Below are positions 1 through 7,310 of a DNA stretch of 43,581 bases, one piece after another (the first letter of the stretch is position 1; each line of letters opens with the position of its first letter). The translations under genes were made by a program, and so were the position numbers. Source of the stretch: an uncultured Candidatus Binatia bacterium (GTDB lineage Bacteria; Desulfobacterota; Binatia; HRBIN30); the NCBI GenBank assembly GCA_964528465.1, contig CAZGSN010000667.1, positions 1-43,581 on the forward strand, read 5' to 3'. The notes below the pieces were generated by a model. That model saw only the letters and a program-made list of their open reading frames with translations, was not told where the DNA came from and searched no databases.

Positions 1-1087
1 CCCAGCCGCGCCAACAAGGCGCGCCTACAAAGCCGCGGCGACCCCACCATGGCAAGATCGGCTCACCCCAGCCGAGGGCTACCCAGCCGATCGGCGCCAC
101 GCCGACGCGGAATCCGAGACGACCGGTATAGAAGCCGACGACGGCTGGAGCGTAGAAGGGGCGGGTGACGATAGGCCCCGGAGCCCATGCCCAGCGGGGG
201 CCGACGCGCACCCAGCGGCCATAGTGAAAGGGAGCCCAACCCCAGGGGCTGTCGTCGATCCAGGTCCAACCGAAGGTGGGGTCCCACACCCAGTTGCCGA
301 CGCTGTAGGGCACCCAATCCACGGCGACGGCGCGTGGATACCAGATGCGCCCATAGGTCGCCTCTTCCTCCCAACTCCCGTGCGCATCGAGTGTTTCGCC
401 ACCGTAAACGCCGCGCGGCAGGTAGTCTCTGCTTTGTGTCGCCAGGACGCTCTGTGTGCGTTGTACGTTCCATTCGTCCCAGGCGTCGGCAGGTGCCGCA
501 CGCTGTATCGCCACGGGCGTAGTCGAAGCCGGGTCGACGAAGGCCTGCTCGCCCGAGCGCACTGGCCAACGCTCTCCCGAGGACAAGACGACCTCGGCCT
601 GGCCTCCCTTGAGAGCGGTAATCTCGATCGTCTGTTCCCCCACCTCGATGCGGTAGTAGCCGGGTTGGTCCATCGTGAAGGCTGCTCCCGGTGTGTCGAT
701 CTCCACGGTAAGGCCATCCTCCAGGGAGCGAGCGTCGACCGCGATACGGCCGCGCGTCACGCGCGCTTGCACGAAGCTGGGATCGACCGTTTCCACGACC
801 AACTCCGTCTCGTGGCTAGCGCGGATAAAAGCTTCGCTGTCGAGCTGTACCTCGAAGCGGCCATCGCTTGAGGCATAGAGGTGATCCCCCGGTGCAAGCG
901 GAGTGTTCAGGCGAGCCCGAACCCAATCCTCAGCCCCACTGCGCCAGAAGGAAACCGTGGATTCCAGGAAGCTGAGACGTAATGGCCGAGTCTCATGTTC
1001 CTCCGGAGTAGCGTTGGCTGATAGAGGTTTGAGGCCGGCAATCGTTGCAAAGGATAGAACGCACGCAAGACGACGAGATAGGATCAT
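1..1087 (-). CDS. Secreted FecR-like domain protein with Trp/Gly-rich C-terminal region (DUF6600-like); C-terminus runs off the window start
   Basis: This frame is not in the ORF track because it is open at the window edge. My manual reverse translation from ATG (complement of 1085-1087) gives MILSRRLACVLSFATIAGLKPLSANATPEE (signal peptide). It continues with ...ARVTRGRIAVDARSLEDGLTVEIDTPGAAFTM (FecR-like beta segment) and then GNWVWDPTFGWTWIDDSPWGWAPFHYGRWVRVGPRWAWAPGP. There is no stop down to position 2. The listed + ORFs 224..871 and 903..1160 are antisense shadows. Confidence 0.6.
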   Translation of the reverse strand, partial: MILSRRLACVLSFATIAGLKPLSANATPEEHETRPLRLSFLESTVSFWRSGAEDWVRARLNTPLAPGDHLYASSDGRFEVQLDSEAFIRASHETELVVETVDPSFVQARVTRGRIAVDARSLEDGLTVEIDTPGAAFTMDQPGYYRIEVGEQTIEITALKGGQAEVVLSSGERWPVRSGEQAFVDPASTTPVAIQRAAPADAWDEWNVQRTQSVLATQSRDYLPRGVYGGETLDAHGSWEEEATYGRIWYPRAVAVDWVPYSVGNWVWDPTFGWTWIDDSPWGWAPFHYGRWVRVGPRWAWAPGPIVTRPFYAPAVVGFYTGRLGFRVGVAPIGWVALGWGEPILPWWGRRGFVGAPCWRGW

Positions 1088-1174
1088 GTCACCTACAACG
1101 CACGCCGGCGCAAACAGTTGCTGCGCGAGCGCGGTGAGCTTTGCGGCTGTCTGCTCGTGAGAGGGCGATGTCTC

Positions 1175-1690
1175 TTATCGTAAATGGGGGGGGTGAAACG
1201 CCGGTAGGGGCCGGCCCTTCCAGTCGCAGTAGCGGCGCACACCCGCCTCGCCGAGCTGGAACGCCATGGCCATGACGGCCGCGTCGTCGAGACGGCCAAT
1301 ATGGGGCAGGAAGTCGGGAATGACGTCGACGGAGCGATCGTAGTAGCTGACCGCAGCACCGAGGACGGCGATGGTCGACAGCGGGATCTGCGGGCACTCT
1401 CCCTCGACGTGATCGCGGAGAATGTCGAGCGCGAGCGGGAGCTGCTCGCGCAGTAAGGCATATTGCGGTTCCACGAGTGCCTTTGCCTGCGCGCGCAAAT
1501 CCTTCTCGCCCATCAGCAATTGTTCTACGTCGCGTGGGGCCACGCGCCAACCCAGGTCGCGCACGATCTCCTGAATGTCGGCGGTGCGCAGGATGGGTGT
1601 GCGGCGAGATGCGGACTTGCGTTTGCCCGCAGTCTTGGTGGCTGGTTTACGGCGAGCTTTCGCTACAGGTGGCTTGGTCTTGGTCGGCAT
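1175..1690 (-). CDS. DUF1232 (YkvA-like) domain protein with Lys/Arg-rich N-terminus
   Basis: 171-aa ORF. The motif DVIPDFLPHIGRLDDAAVMAMAF matches the DUF1232 signature (IPDFIPviGylDDaav). The basic tail is MPTKTKPPVAKARRKPATKTAGKRK. Confidence 0.7.
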   Translation of the reverse strand: MPTKTKPPVAKARRKPATKTAGKRKSASRRTPILRTADIQEIVRDLGWRVAPRDVEQLLMGEKDLRAQAKALVEPQYALLREQLPLALDILRDHVEGECPQIPLSTIAVLGAAVSYYDRSVDVIPDFLPHIGRLDDAAVMAMAFQLGEAGVRRYCDWKGRPLPAFHPPHLR

Positions 1691-1898
1691 GGCGGCGAAC
1701 CTACGTTAGGAAGGGTAGGCGATGCAAGCATGCTGCGGAAACCAGATCTGGCGCTTGCGCCGGTTCTGGCCGTGCCCGGTGCGTCGGTACCCGGTTTGCC
1801 GGGGCCGCGTCGACGAGCCGTATAGTCCTTTGGGGCGACAATAAATGCTTTCTTGCTCATCCCAGATATCTCCCCCTCAATGCCTCCCCGCGTGGGCG

Positions 1899-3308
1899 CT
1901 ACTCGGCGCCAACGGCCGTGACACAGGGCGAAGCGTTGCCAATCTTGGCCTCGCCCAAGTTGCCGACGACGACGAGCAGAAGCTGCTCCGGATGCAGGTA
2001 CTGTTGTGCCACGCGCAGAATTTCTTCCTTGGTTATGGCATTGATGCGCTCGGCGTAGCGCTCGGCATAGTCGCTTCCAAGATGGAACAGCTCCACCTGC
2101 CCGAGGAAACCAGCCACCTTGGCGTTGCTGTCGAAGCGTAACGGAAAGCTGCCGGTGAGATACAGCTTGGCGCCTTGAAGTTCTTCGTCGCTTACCGGCT
2201 CGGTCCGTATGCGTGAGAGTTCGGAGCACGCACGCTGAATCGCATCTGCAGCGGATGCATTCTTGGTTTGCAGAACCACTTGAAAGCTGCCCGGAAGCAG
2301 GTTGGCGGAGAAGCTACTACCGACGGAGTACGCCAGACCCGCCTTGGTGCGGATGTTGTCGAGCAGGCGCGAGGTGAAACCACCGCCACCGAGAATGAAG
2401 TTCATGACGTTGAGTGCGTAATAGTCGGGGTTGTCCCGGGCGACGCCTCTATGGCCCAAAATGATGTTGGTTTGTGTCAGAGGCTTGTCGATGAGCACCG
2501 GGGCCGGATTGGTGACAGGCTGCTGCTGCCCGTACTCCCCCGCGGTTGCGCCGGAGCGCCAATTCGCCAAAGCCTGATTCAAACGTGCTTCGATGTCGTT
2601 GGCGTCGACGTCGCCGACGACGGTGATAATCGACGTGTTGGCCCGGTAGTGCTGCTCGAAGAAGGATACCACGTCCCCGCGCTTGAAGCTGCGCACCGCA
2701 GCGATGCTCCCCACGGCAGGGTGGCCATAGGCTTCGCCGCGAAACAGCGTCTGTGCGAAGGCGCGTGCGGCAACGCGTCCGGGTTGATCCTCCTCCGCCG
2801 TCAACGCCGCCAGTGTGGCTTCACGCCGTCGGGTTACCTCGGCCTCCGGGAAGCTCGGCCGCAGAAGCACGTCGGTGAGGAGGTCTAGCCCAGTGTCGAG
2901 GTCCTTGCGCAGCACAGTGACACTCGCCGAGGCATAGTCGAGATCCGCAGAAGTACTGAGCGAGGCACCGATGAAATCCGTCACCTCGCTGATCTGAGCG
3001 GCGCTGCGCTGGCGTGTGCCTTCGGTAAGAAGATCGGCGGTGAAGCTAGCCAGTCCTTCTTTGCCGGCCGGATCGCGACGGCTGCCGGCATCGAGGAATA
3101 TTTGCACGATCACCATCGGCAAGTTGTGCTGCTCTGAAACCACCAGACGCGCCCCGTTGGCGAGTTGCCGGCGGTCGGCACGCGGACCCACCGCGTTTGC
3201 CGCGAGGGGCAGGAGTAGGAGCGACAACAACAGCAGCCAAGTTGTGAGCTTGTCGTAAGAGCGGAATGAGGTGCCGTCACCCCGGCGAGAGCCTCGGTCC
3301 AGGTGCAA
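1899..3308 (-). CDS. M16 (pitrilysin) family peptidase, non-catalytic subunit type; start uncertain
   Basis: The ORF 1899..3515 body has the M16 two-domain layout. The zinc-motif position reads GLASFTADLLTEGT, with no HxxEH. The signal-like h-region is TTWLLLLSLLLLPLAANA. The first ~70 codons of the track ORF cross REP-like repeats (VMPAKAGIQ translation artefact). I therefore place the start at in-frame TTG 3308; ATG 3362 is the alternative. Confidence 0.8.
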   Translation of the reverse strand: MHLDRGSRRGDGTSFRSYDKLTTWLLLLSLLLLPLAANAVGPRADRRQLANGARLVVSEQHNLPMVIVQIFLDAGSRRDPAGKEGLASFTADLLTEGTRQRSAAQISEVTDFIGASLSTSADLDYASASVTVLRKDLDTGLDLLTDVLLRPSFPEAEVTRRREATLAALTAEEDQPGRVAARAFAQTLFRGEAYGHPAVGSIAAVRSFKRGDVVSFFEQHYRANTSIITVVGDVDANDIEARLNQALANWRSGATAGEYGQQQPVTNPAPVLIDKPLTQTNIILGHRGVARDNPDYYALNVMNFILGGGGFTSRLLDNIRTKAGLAYSVGSSFSANLLPGSFQVVLQTKNASAADAIQRACSELSRIRTEPVSDEELQGAKLYLTGSFPLRFDSNAKVAGFLGQVELFHLGSDYAERYAERINAITKEEILRVAQQYLHPEQLLLVVVGNLGEAKIGNASPCVTAVGAE

Positions 3309-3336
3309 TTTGGATAGGAAAATGCTGGCTTTCCAG

Positions 3337-3368
3337 CACTGGATGCCGGCTTTCGCCGGCATGACGCG
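3337..3368. repeat. REP-like hairpin element (cactggATGCCGGC-tttc-GCCGGCATgacgcg)
   Basis: Perfect 8-bp stem (3343-3350 / 3355-3362) with a 4-nt loop. Both strands translate to the classic spurious peptides MPAFAGMT and VMPAKAGIQ, which are typical of intergenic palindromic repeats. It lies between the two M16 genes. Confidence 0.6.
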
Positions 3369-3390
3369 CAAGTGGGCACGTTGTCTTGGA

Positions 3391-3463
3391 GAAAATCGAC
3401 AGTCTCGTTCGCCGGAATTGCCAATGAACACAGAACCCCATTTCAGAGAGAATCGACAGTCTC
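3391..3463. repeat. Two direct copies of a 16-nt motif GA(A/G)AATCGACAGTCTC, spaced 57 nt start-to-start
   Basis: gaaaatcgacagtctc at 3391-3406 and gagaatcgacagtctc at 3448-3463. The core GACAGTC is a GACnGTC palindrome. The pair is intergenic between the M16 genes. Confidence 0.6.
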
Positions 3464-3514
3464 CTTTCAAGGCGGCTGACGTACGTCGGGCGGGTGCAAG
3501 ACGGTTCTGCGACA

Positions 3515-4897
3515 TCAGTGCACCCCTCCCTGCGGCATGCCCACTTTGGGTGGGCGCTTGCTTGGATCGACGGGTAAGGGATCGAGAATGCCAACGGTGC
3601 GATTGTCGGCACGCAGATAGGCTCTGGCGACGCGCTGCACGTCGTCGGCGCTGACGTTACGAATCTTGGGCAGGTACTCGTCGATTTGCTTCCAGTCGCC
3701 GGCGATCTCGAACTGGCCGAGCATCATGCCCTGATAGAAATTGGAGTCCTGCGCCAGCACCGCCTCTGCCTCGATGCCGTTCTTGGCCTTCTGCAGTTCC
3801 TGTTCGGACACGGGATACTCTTGCAGTTGTTGCAGCTCGCGCAGCAACTCCTTCTCCAACGTGGCGACACTCTTGCCGGGTAACGGCTGGCCGTAGACCA
3901 CGAGTTGTCCAGGATCGAGAGAGGTGAAGTCGTAACTAGCGCCGACGTCGAGGGCGATGCGCTTCTCGTAGACGAGGTGTTTATGCAGGCGTGCACTCTT
4001 GCCGCCGCTCAGTACCGAAGCCAGTACTTCGAGCGCCGGTGCGTCTTGGCTCTTTAGGTTCGGCGTATGGTGGGCCAGAGCCAAGAACGGAAGTTGTGCC
4101 GGGCGCCGCAGGGTAACGCGACGTTCGCCTTGCTGCACGGGCTCGCTGGCCCGCACCTGTGGCGGCAACGGTCCGTTCTCGATGGCGCCGAAACGGGTCT
4201 CGATATCGGCGAGCAACGCGTCGCTGGAGAAATCACCAACCACAATCAGAAAGGCATTGGCTGGGGTGTAGTGACGGCGGTAGTACTCCAGGGCATCGTC
4301 GCGCGTTGCTTGGCGCAGGTCGCTCATCCAACCGACGATGGGCCAGCCATACGGATGCGCCGTGTAGGCCGCGGCGCTGATGGTCTCGAAGAGTTCGGAG
4401 ACAGGATTGTCTTCGGTCCGCAAGCGCCGCTCCTCGATTACCACGTGATGCTCCGGGGCAAACTGCTCTTCCGCGAAGCTCAGGTTGCGCATGCGGTCGG
4501 CCTCCAGCGTCAGCACGACGCCGACGCGATCACTGGCGATTTGCGCGAAGTAGGTAGTGTTGTCGTTGTTGGTGAAGGCGTTGTCGTTGCCGCCGTTGCG
4601 CTGGATGATCTTGGAGTACTCTTCCGGTCCGGTCGTAGGGGTTCCCTTGAACATCAAATGCTCGAGGAGATGCGAGAGGCCGGTCTTGCCCAGCTCTTCG
4701 TTGCGCGAGCCCACCCGGTACCAAACCTGCACCACCGCAACGGGAGCCTTGTGGTCTTCGAGCAGCAGCACCTTCATGCCGTTGGCCAGGGTCTTTTCTA
4801 CGACCCGCTCCTGGTAGGACAAGGCAGCGTCGGCGCTGGAAGCAAGCAGTGAATTAACGAGAACAAGGACGGTCACGACAAGCAAACGAGACAACAT
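3515..4897 (-). CDS. M16 (pitrilysin) family zinc peptidase, catalytic subunit type
   Basis: Inverted zinc motif HxxEH is present in GLSHLLEHLMFKGT, followed by NAFTNNDNTTYF. I chose the start at ATG 4897 (cat at 4895-4897), which gives the signal peptide MLSRLLVVTVLVLVNSLLASSADA. The longer track ORF (to 5038) adds a Cys/Arg-rich non-protein-like leader. Confidence 0.9.
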   Translation of the reverse strand: MLSRLLVVTVLVLVNSLLASSADAALSYQERVVEKTLANGMKVLLLEDHKAPVAVVQVWYRVGSRNEELGKTGLSHLLEHLMFKGTPTTGPEEYSKIIQRNGGNDNAFTNNDNTTYFAQIASDRVGVVLTLEADRMRNLSFAEEQFAPEHHVVIEERRLRTEDNPVSELFETISAAAYTAHPYGWPIVGWMSDLRQATRDDALEYYRRHYTPANAFLIVVGDFSSDALLADIETRFGAIENGPLPPQVRASEPVQQGERRVTLRRPAQLPFLALAHHTPNLKSQDAPALEVLASVLSGGKSARLHKHLVYEKRIALDVGASYDFTSLDPGQLVVYGQPLPGKSVATLEKELLRELQQLQEYPVSEQELQKAKNGIEAEAVLAQDSNFYQGMMLGQFEIAGDWKQIDEYLPKIRNVSADDVQRVARAYLRADNRTVGILDPLPVDPSKRPPKVGMPQGGVH

Positions 4898-5261
4898 GGC
4901 GGCGCTGGTTAACAGCGGGCCGGAGGGAGCACAACGCAAGCGCGGAGCCGTGCCGCGGTGTCGGCAGTTGCCGTGCGCCTTTGATCTCTTGTGAAAAGTT
5001 AGCTTTGGCGATGAGATCGCTGACTGACTTAGCGTCATCCACGTGAATGCGCGTGGTGAAGAACTTCTCTAGGTGGCCCATTACGAGGAGTGGAATCAGC
5101 ATGAGCAAGACGGTGGTCGCGCCACTGGTCACATAGTGCCGGATGCCGAGAGTTGCGTGAGGAGGCAGGCCGATAGCGATGAAATACGACACCTCGTACG
5201 CATAGCCCCATATACCCATCGGGATTGCGAGCAAAAGAAGAGAGAGTGGTAGGCGCTTCAT
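4854..5261 (-). CDS. Hypothetical small membrane protein (2 predicted TM helices)
   Basis: Internal ATG 5261 of ORF 4854..5615 gives MKRLPLSLLLLAIPMGIWGYAYEVSYFIAIGL...TTVLLMLIPLLVMGHLEKFF. The 3' tail overlaps the M16 start by 44 nt and looks less protein-like. Confidence 0.35.
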   Translation of the reverse strand: MKRLPLSLLLLAIPMGIWGYAYEVSYFIAIGLPPHATLGIRHYVTSGATTVLLMLIPLLVMGHLEKFFTTRIHVDDAKSVSDLIAKANFSQEIKGARQLPTPRHGSALALCSLRPAVNQRRHVVSFACRDRPCSR

Positions 5262-5355
5262 GTGGCGGAATGACACGCATCGCCGGGGCCGCGCCGGTGA
5301 CGCTGGCATCCGAATCCCAAGGGATCGCGGCCCCCGGTGCATGCTGGCACCACCT

Positions 5356-5655
5356 TCAAGTTCTACGCGAATGGAGTGTGACGTATTCGCGGAGGACACC
5401 ATCCATGCGCGACTGCCAGCCCTCGCCCGTGGACTTGAAGTAATCCAAGACCTCGGGGCTATAGCGAACCGACACAAGCTGTTTTGCCCTCGCCGACTTC
5501 GGACGCCCGCGTAGCGCTCGCATTGGGGCCATTGCTGCCAACTGCTTGGACGTGAGAGGCTGGGCATCCGGATCGGCCTTTGCCGCGGCAGTGATGGCCC
5601 GATCTTCGGCTGCACTTGGCATCACGATGGACGGCCGCCTAGAGACTTTGGACAT
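5356..5655 (-). CDS. brnA: BrnA-family antitoxin (type II TA)
   Basis: 99 aa. RGRPKSARAKQLVSVRYSPEVLDYFKSTGEGWQSRMDGVLREYV matches the BrnA_antitoxin pattern (GRPk...k..vtlRld.dvl..fka.G.GwQtrin..Lre). It overlaps the upstream brnT remnant stop by 17 nt, as in brnTA operons. Confidence 0.8.
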   Translation of the reverse strand: MSKVSRRPSIVMPSAAEDRAITAAAKADPDAQPLTSKQLAAMAPMRALRGRPKSARAKQLVSVRYSPEVLDYFKSTGEGWQSRMDGVLREYVTLHSRRT

Positions 5656-5770
5656 AGCGTTTCACCTCACGACGATTGGCTCGGCGAAGGCTGATCGGCC
5701 TGCGCACTTTACCGCGTTGCACAAAGGCCACGTAGTACAGGATCGAGTTCTTCGGCGCGAGCGCGATCAT
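5639..5770 (-). pseudogene. brnT: 5'-truncated BrnT-family toxin remnant (C-terminal half only)
   Basis: MIALAPKNSILYYVAFVQRGKVRRPISLRRANRREVKRYVQSL matches the C-terminal half of BrnT/DUF497 (eRfiaiG...lvvvyteRg..iRiISaRkAnrrErkrY). The conserved N-terminal FEWDe.Ka..N..KHGv.F half is absent. Upstream in-frame codons (to 5860) are Cys/Arg-rich and run into the 3' end of mazF. Confidence 0.55.
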
Positions 5771-5801
5771 GCGTCGCCTGGAGCGGCGGGTTCGGCATCG
5801 T

Positions 5802-6122
5802 TCATGGTGCGAAGATCTCGCCCAACACCGCAAGCAGAGAATCACCCGTGCGCTTGTCAATCTGTCCCAGTCTGCGAATCAGGCGGGCTTTGTCGACGGC
5901 GCGTAACTGGTCAAGGACGACCTGACCTTCCTTGCCACGGAATCGGCAGTGGATACGCGAGGGGTATGCACTGCCCTTCGTCGTCATCGGTGCCACAATG
6001 ACGGTGCCGATATTTCGGTTCATTTCATCCGGTGAGACGACGACCGATGGGCGGGTCTTGCGAATCTCGCGCCCGACGGTCGGATCAAGGCTGACCATAT
6101 AGACCTCAAACCGCTTCACCAT
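5802..6122 (-). CDS. mazF: MazF/PemK-family endoribonuclease toxin (type II TA)
   Basis: VKRFEVYMVSLDPTVGREIRKTRPSVVVSPDEMN and TVIVAPMTTKG fit the PemK/MazF signature. ATG at 6122 (cat 6120-6122) overlaps the mazE stop (6116-6118). The track ORF starts at 6143. Confidence 0.85.
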   Translation of the reverse strand: MVKRFEVYMVSLDPTVGREIRKTRPSVVVSPDEMNRNIGTVIVAPMTTKGSAYPSRIHCRFRGKEGQVVLDQLRAVDKARLIRRLGQIDKRTGDSLLAVLGEIFAP

Positions 6123-6370
6123 TGCCACTCGCTCTCGTCCCACCGCGAGGTAGAGGTGAGATCGCCATCGAGCAAGCGATCATCCCCCGCCAATGCCATT
6201 TTACGGAAGGCGACGTCCCAGCCCTCGCGCGGCCGCGATGCCGGGCGAATGACCAGACGGTTTCCCTCAGCCTCAATCGTGACTTCCTCGCCAAGACCCG
6301 TCTGCTGCAGAAGCAACTTCGGAATCCGGACACCACGAGAGTTTCCGATGCGAACGATGCGCGTCTTCAT
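6116..6370 (-). CDS. mazE: MazE/AbrB (SpoVT-AbrB fold) antitoxin
   Basis: MKTRIVRIGNSRGVRIPKLLLQQTGLGEEVTIEAEGNRLVIRP is a canonical SpoVT/AbrB swapped-hairpin motif. ATG at 6370 (cat 6368-6370). The longer track ORF (to 6568) adds an Arg/Pro-rich leader overlapping the methyltransferase 3' end. Confidence 0.8.
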   Translation of the reverse strand: MKTRIVRIGNSRGVRIPKLLLQQTGLGEEVTIEAEGNRLVIRPASRPREGWDVAFRKMALAGDDRLLDGDLTSTSRWDESEWQW

Positions 6371-6557
6371 AGTGACTACATCGTAGCCACATTCGAATGT
6401 CGGACGCAATCGCCCCGCCGCCGGACGACGGCTATCAGCGGCGCGCGGCCGCCGCATGGCGTATCCACTTGTGAAGCGACTCATGCCGGTGGGTGACCTG
6501 TGCTTGTGCAGAGGCTCCCCAGCGGACGACGCAGTTGGCTTCCTACCACCCGGTGCC

Positions 6558-7310
6558 CTAGCCGGCACGGATTCCGGCGATGGCGTAGGCGATGTTGCCG
6601 ACGGCGCGGCATTCGGCGACGTGGTCGGTGGTGGCGGTGATGAGTACGCGCACGTCTTCTACCGTACGCAGGGCGGCAACCTCGTCGCGCCGGTGCAAGA
6701 AACGCAGGTAGTGGTCGCCCCAGCGTTGGTTGAGCACCAGTGTGTTGAGGTAGAGGCGGCCGCGCGGCAGCAACAGGCTACGCACGGCTCGTAGCATTGC
6801 TCCACCATCCTCGAACAAGTGCAGCATGCCCATCGACAGCACCGTCGCGAAGCTTGCGGCTTGGAAGGGGAGATCGTGCAAGTCGGCCTGAATCAGAACC
6901 ACGTTGGCAGGAATGCTTCCGTTGCCTTGCTGAAGTCGTGCCCGCGCGCGGCGCAGCATCTCGAGGGAGTGATCCATCGCAATCACCGGCCGCTGCGCTT
7001 GCCGATACACCTCCGCGGTAAACAGCATCGAGCCGCAACCGGCGTCGAGATACGGGCCGCTTGTAGCCGATCGCAAGGCCGCGTCGGCGAAGGCCGTGTA
7101 GTCGCGAAGATCGGACCCCCACATCCAGCGGTTGTAAAGTCGACTGCCGATGAGGCGATCGTAAATTCCCGCCAGGCGGTCGTAGTGCTGCGCCTCCTCG
7201 GTCTCAGGCAATGCCGAATACAGCCCGGGCTCTACCTCGCGCAGCTCTCTCCCCTTCAGGAGCCTCTGTGTGGCAATCTCGTAAGCCGAAGTGCTGTGCT
7301 CGCTTGCCAA
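6558..7310 (-). CDS. Class I SAM-dependent methyltransferase
   Basis: 250 aa. Motif I is YLDAGCGSMLF. It is followed by VVLIQADLHDLPF and FATVLSMGMLHLFEDG (Methyltransf_11/25-like). The TTG start (7308-7310) directly abuts the TAG stop (7311-7313) of the upstream GT-C/NHL gene. Confidence 0.8.
   Translation of the reverse strand: MASEHSTSAYEIATQRLLKGRELREVEPGLYSALPETEEAQHYDRLAGIYDRLIGSRLYNRWMWGSDLRDYTAFADAALRSATSGPYLDAGCGSMLFTAEVYRQAQRPVIAMDHSLEMLRRARARLQQGNGSIPANVVLIQADLHDLPFQAASFATVLSMGMLHLFEDGGAMLRAVRSLLLPRGRLYLNTLVLNQRWGDHYLRFLHRRDEVAALRTVEDVRVLITATTDHVAECRAVGNIAYAIAGIRAG

Noticed and set aside
224-1160. Plus-strand ORFs 224..871 (215 aa) and 903..1160 (85 aa)
   Set aside because: They are antisense shadows of the edge-truncated minus-strand FecR-like/Trp-rich gene, whose frame stays open from 1087 to the window start and has a signal peptide.
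1663-1860. Possible 65-aa small ORF (MSKKAFIVAPKDYTARRRGPGKPGTDAPG...) with a good SD-like GGGGGAG 9 nt upstream, in the gap between the M16 and DUF1232 genes
   Set aside because: After the first ~13 residues the sequence is low-complexity Gly/Pro/Arg/Ala. It overlaps the DUF1232 start in another frame and has no recognisable family. I cannot support it as a gene without conservation or expression data.
3309-3515. N-terminal ~70 codons of track ORF 1899..3515, including an attractive ATGA stop/start overlap with the upstream M16 gene
   Set aside because: The translation (MSQNRLAPARRTSAALKGDCRFSLKWGSVFIGNSGERDCRFSPRQRAHLRVMPAKAGIQCWKAS...) is non-protein-like. It passes through a REP hairpin and direct repeats, so I treat it as intergenic.
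4898-5038. N-terminal extension of the catalytic M16 ORF (MTLSQSAISSPKLTFHKRSKAHGNCRHRGTAPRLRC...)
   Set aside because: It is Cys/Arg/His-rich and precedes a perfect signal peptide that starts at the internal ATG 4897. It also overlaps the small membrane-protein ORF.
6371-6568. Upstream extension of the mazE ORF to 150 aa
   Set aside because: It is an Arg/Pro/Ala-rich leader with no AbrB-family counterpart, and it overlaps the methyltransferase 3' end. The canonical MKTRIVRIGNSRGVRIP start is at 6370.
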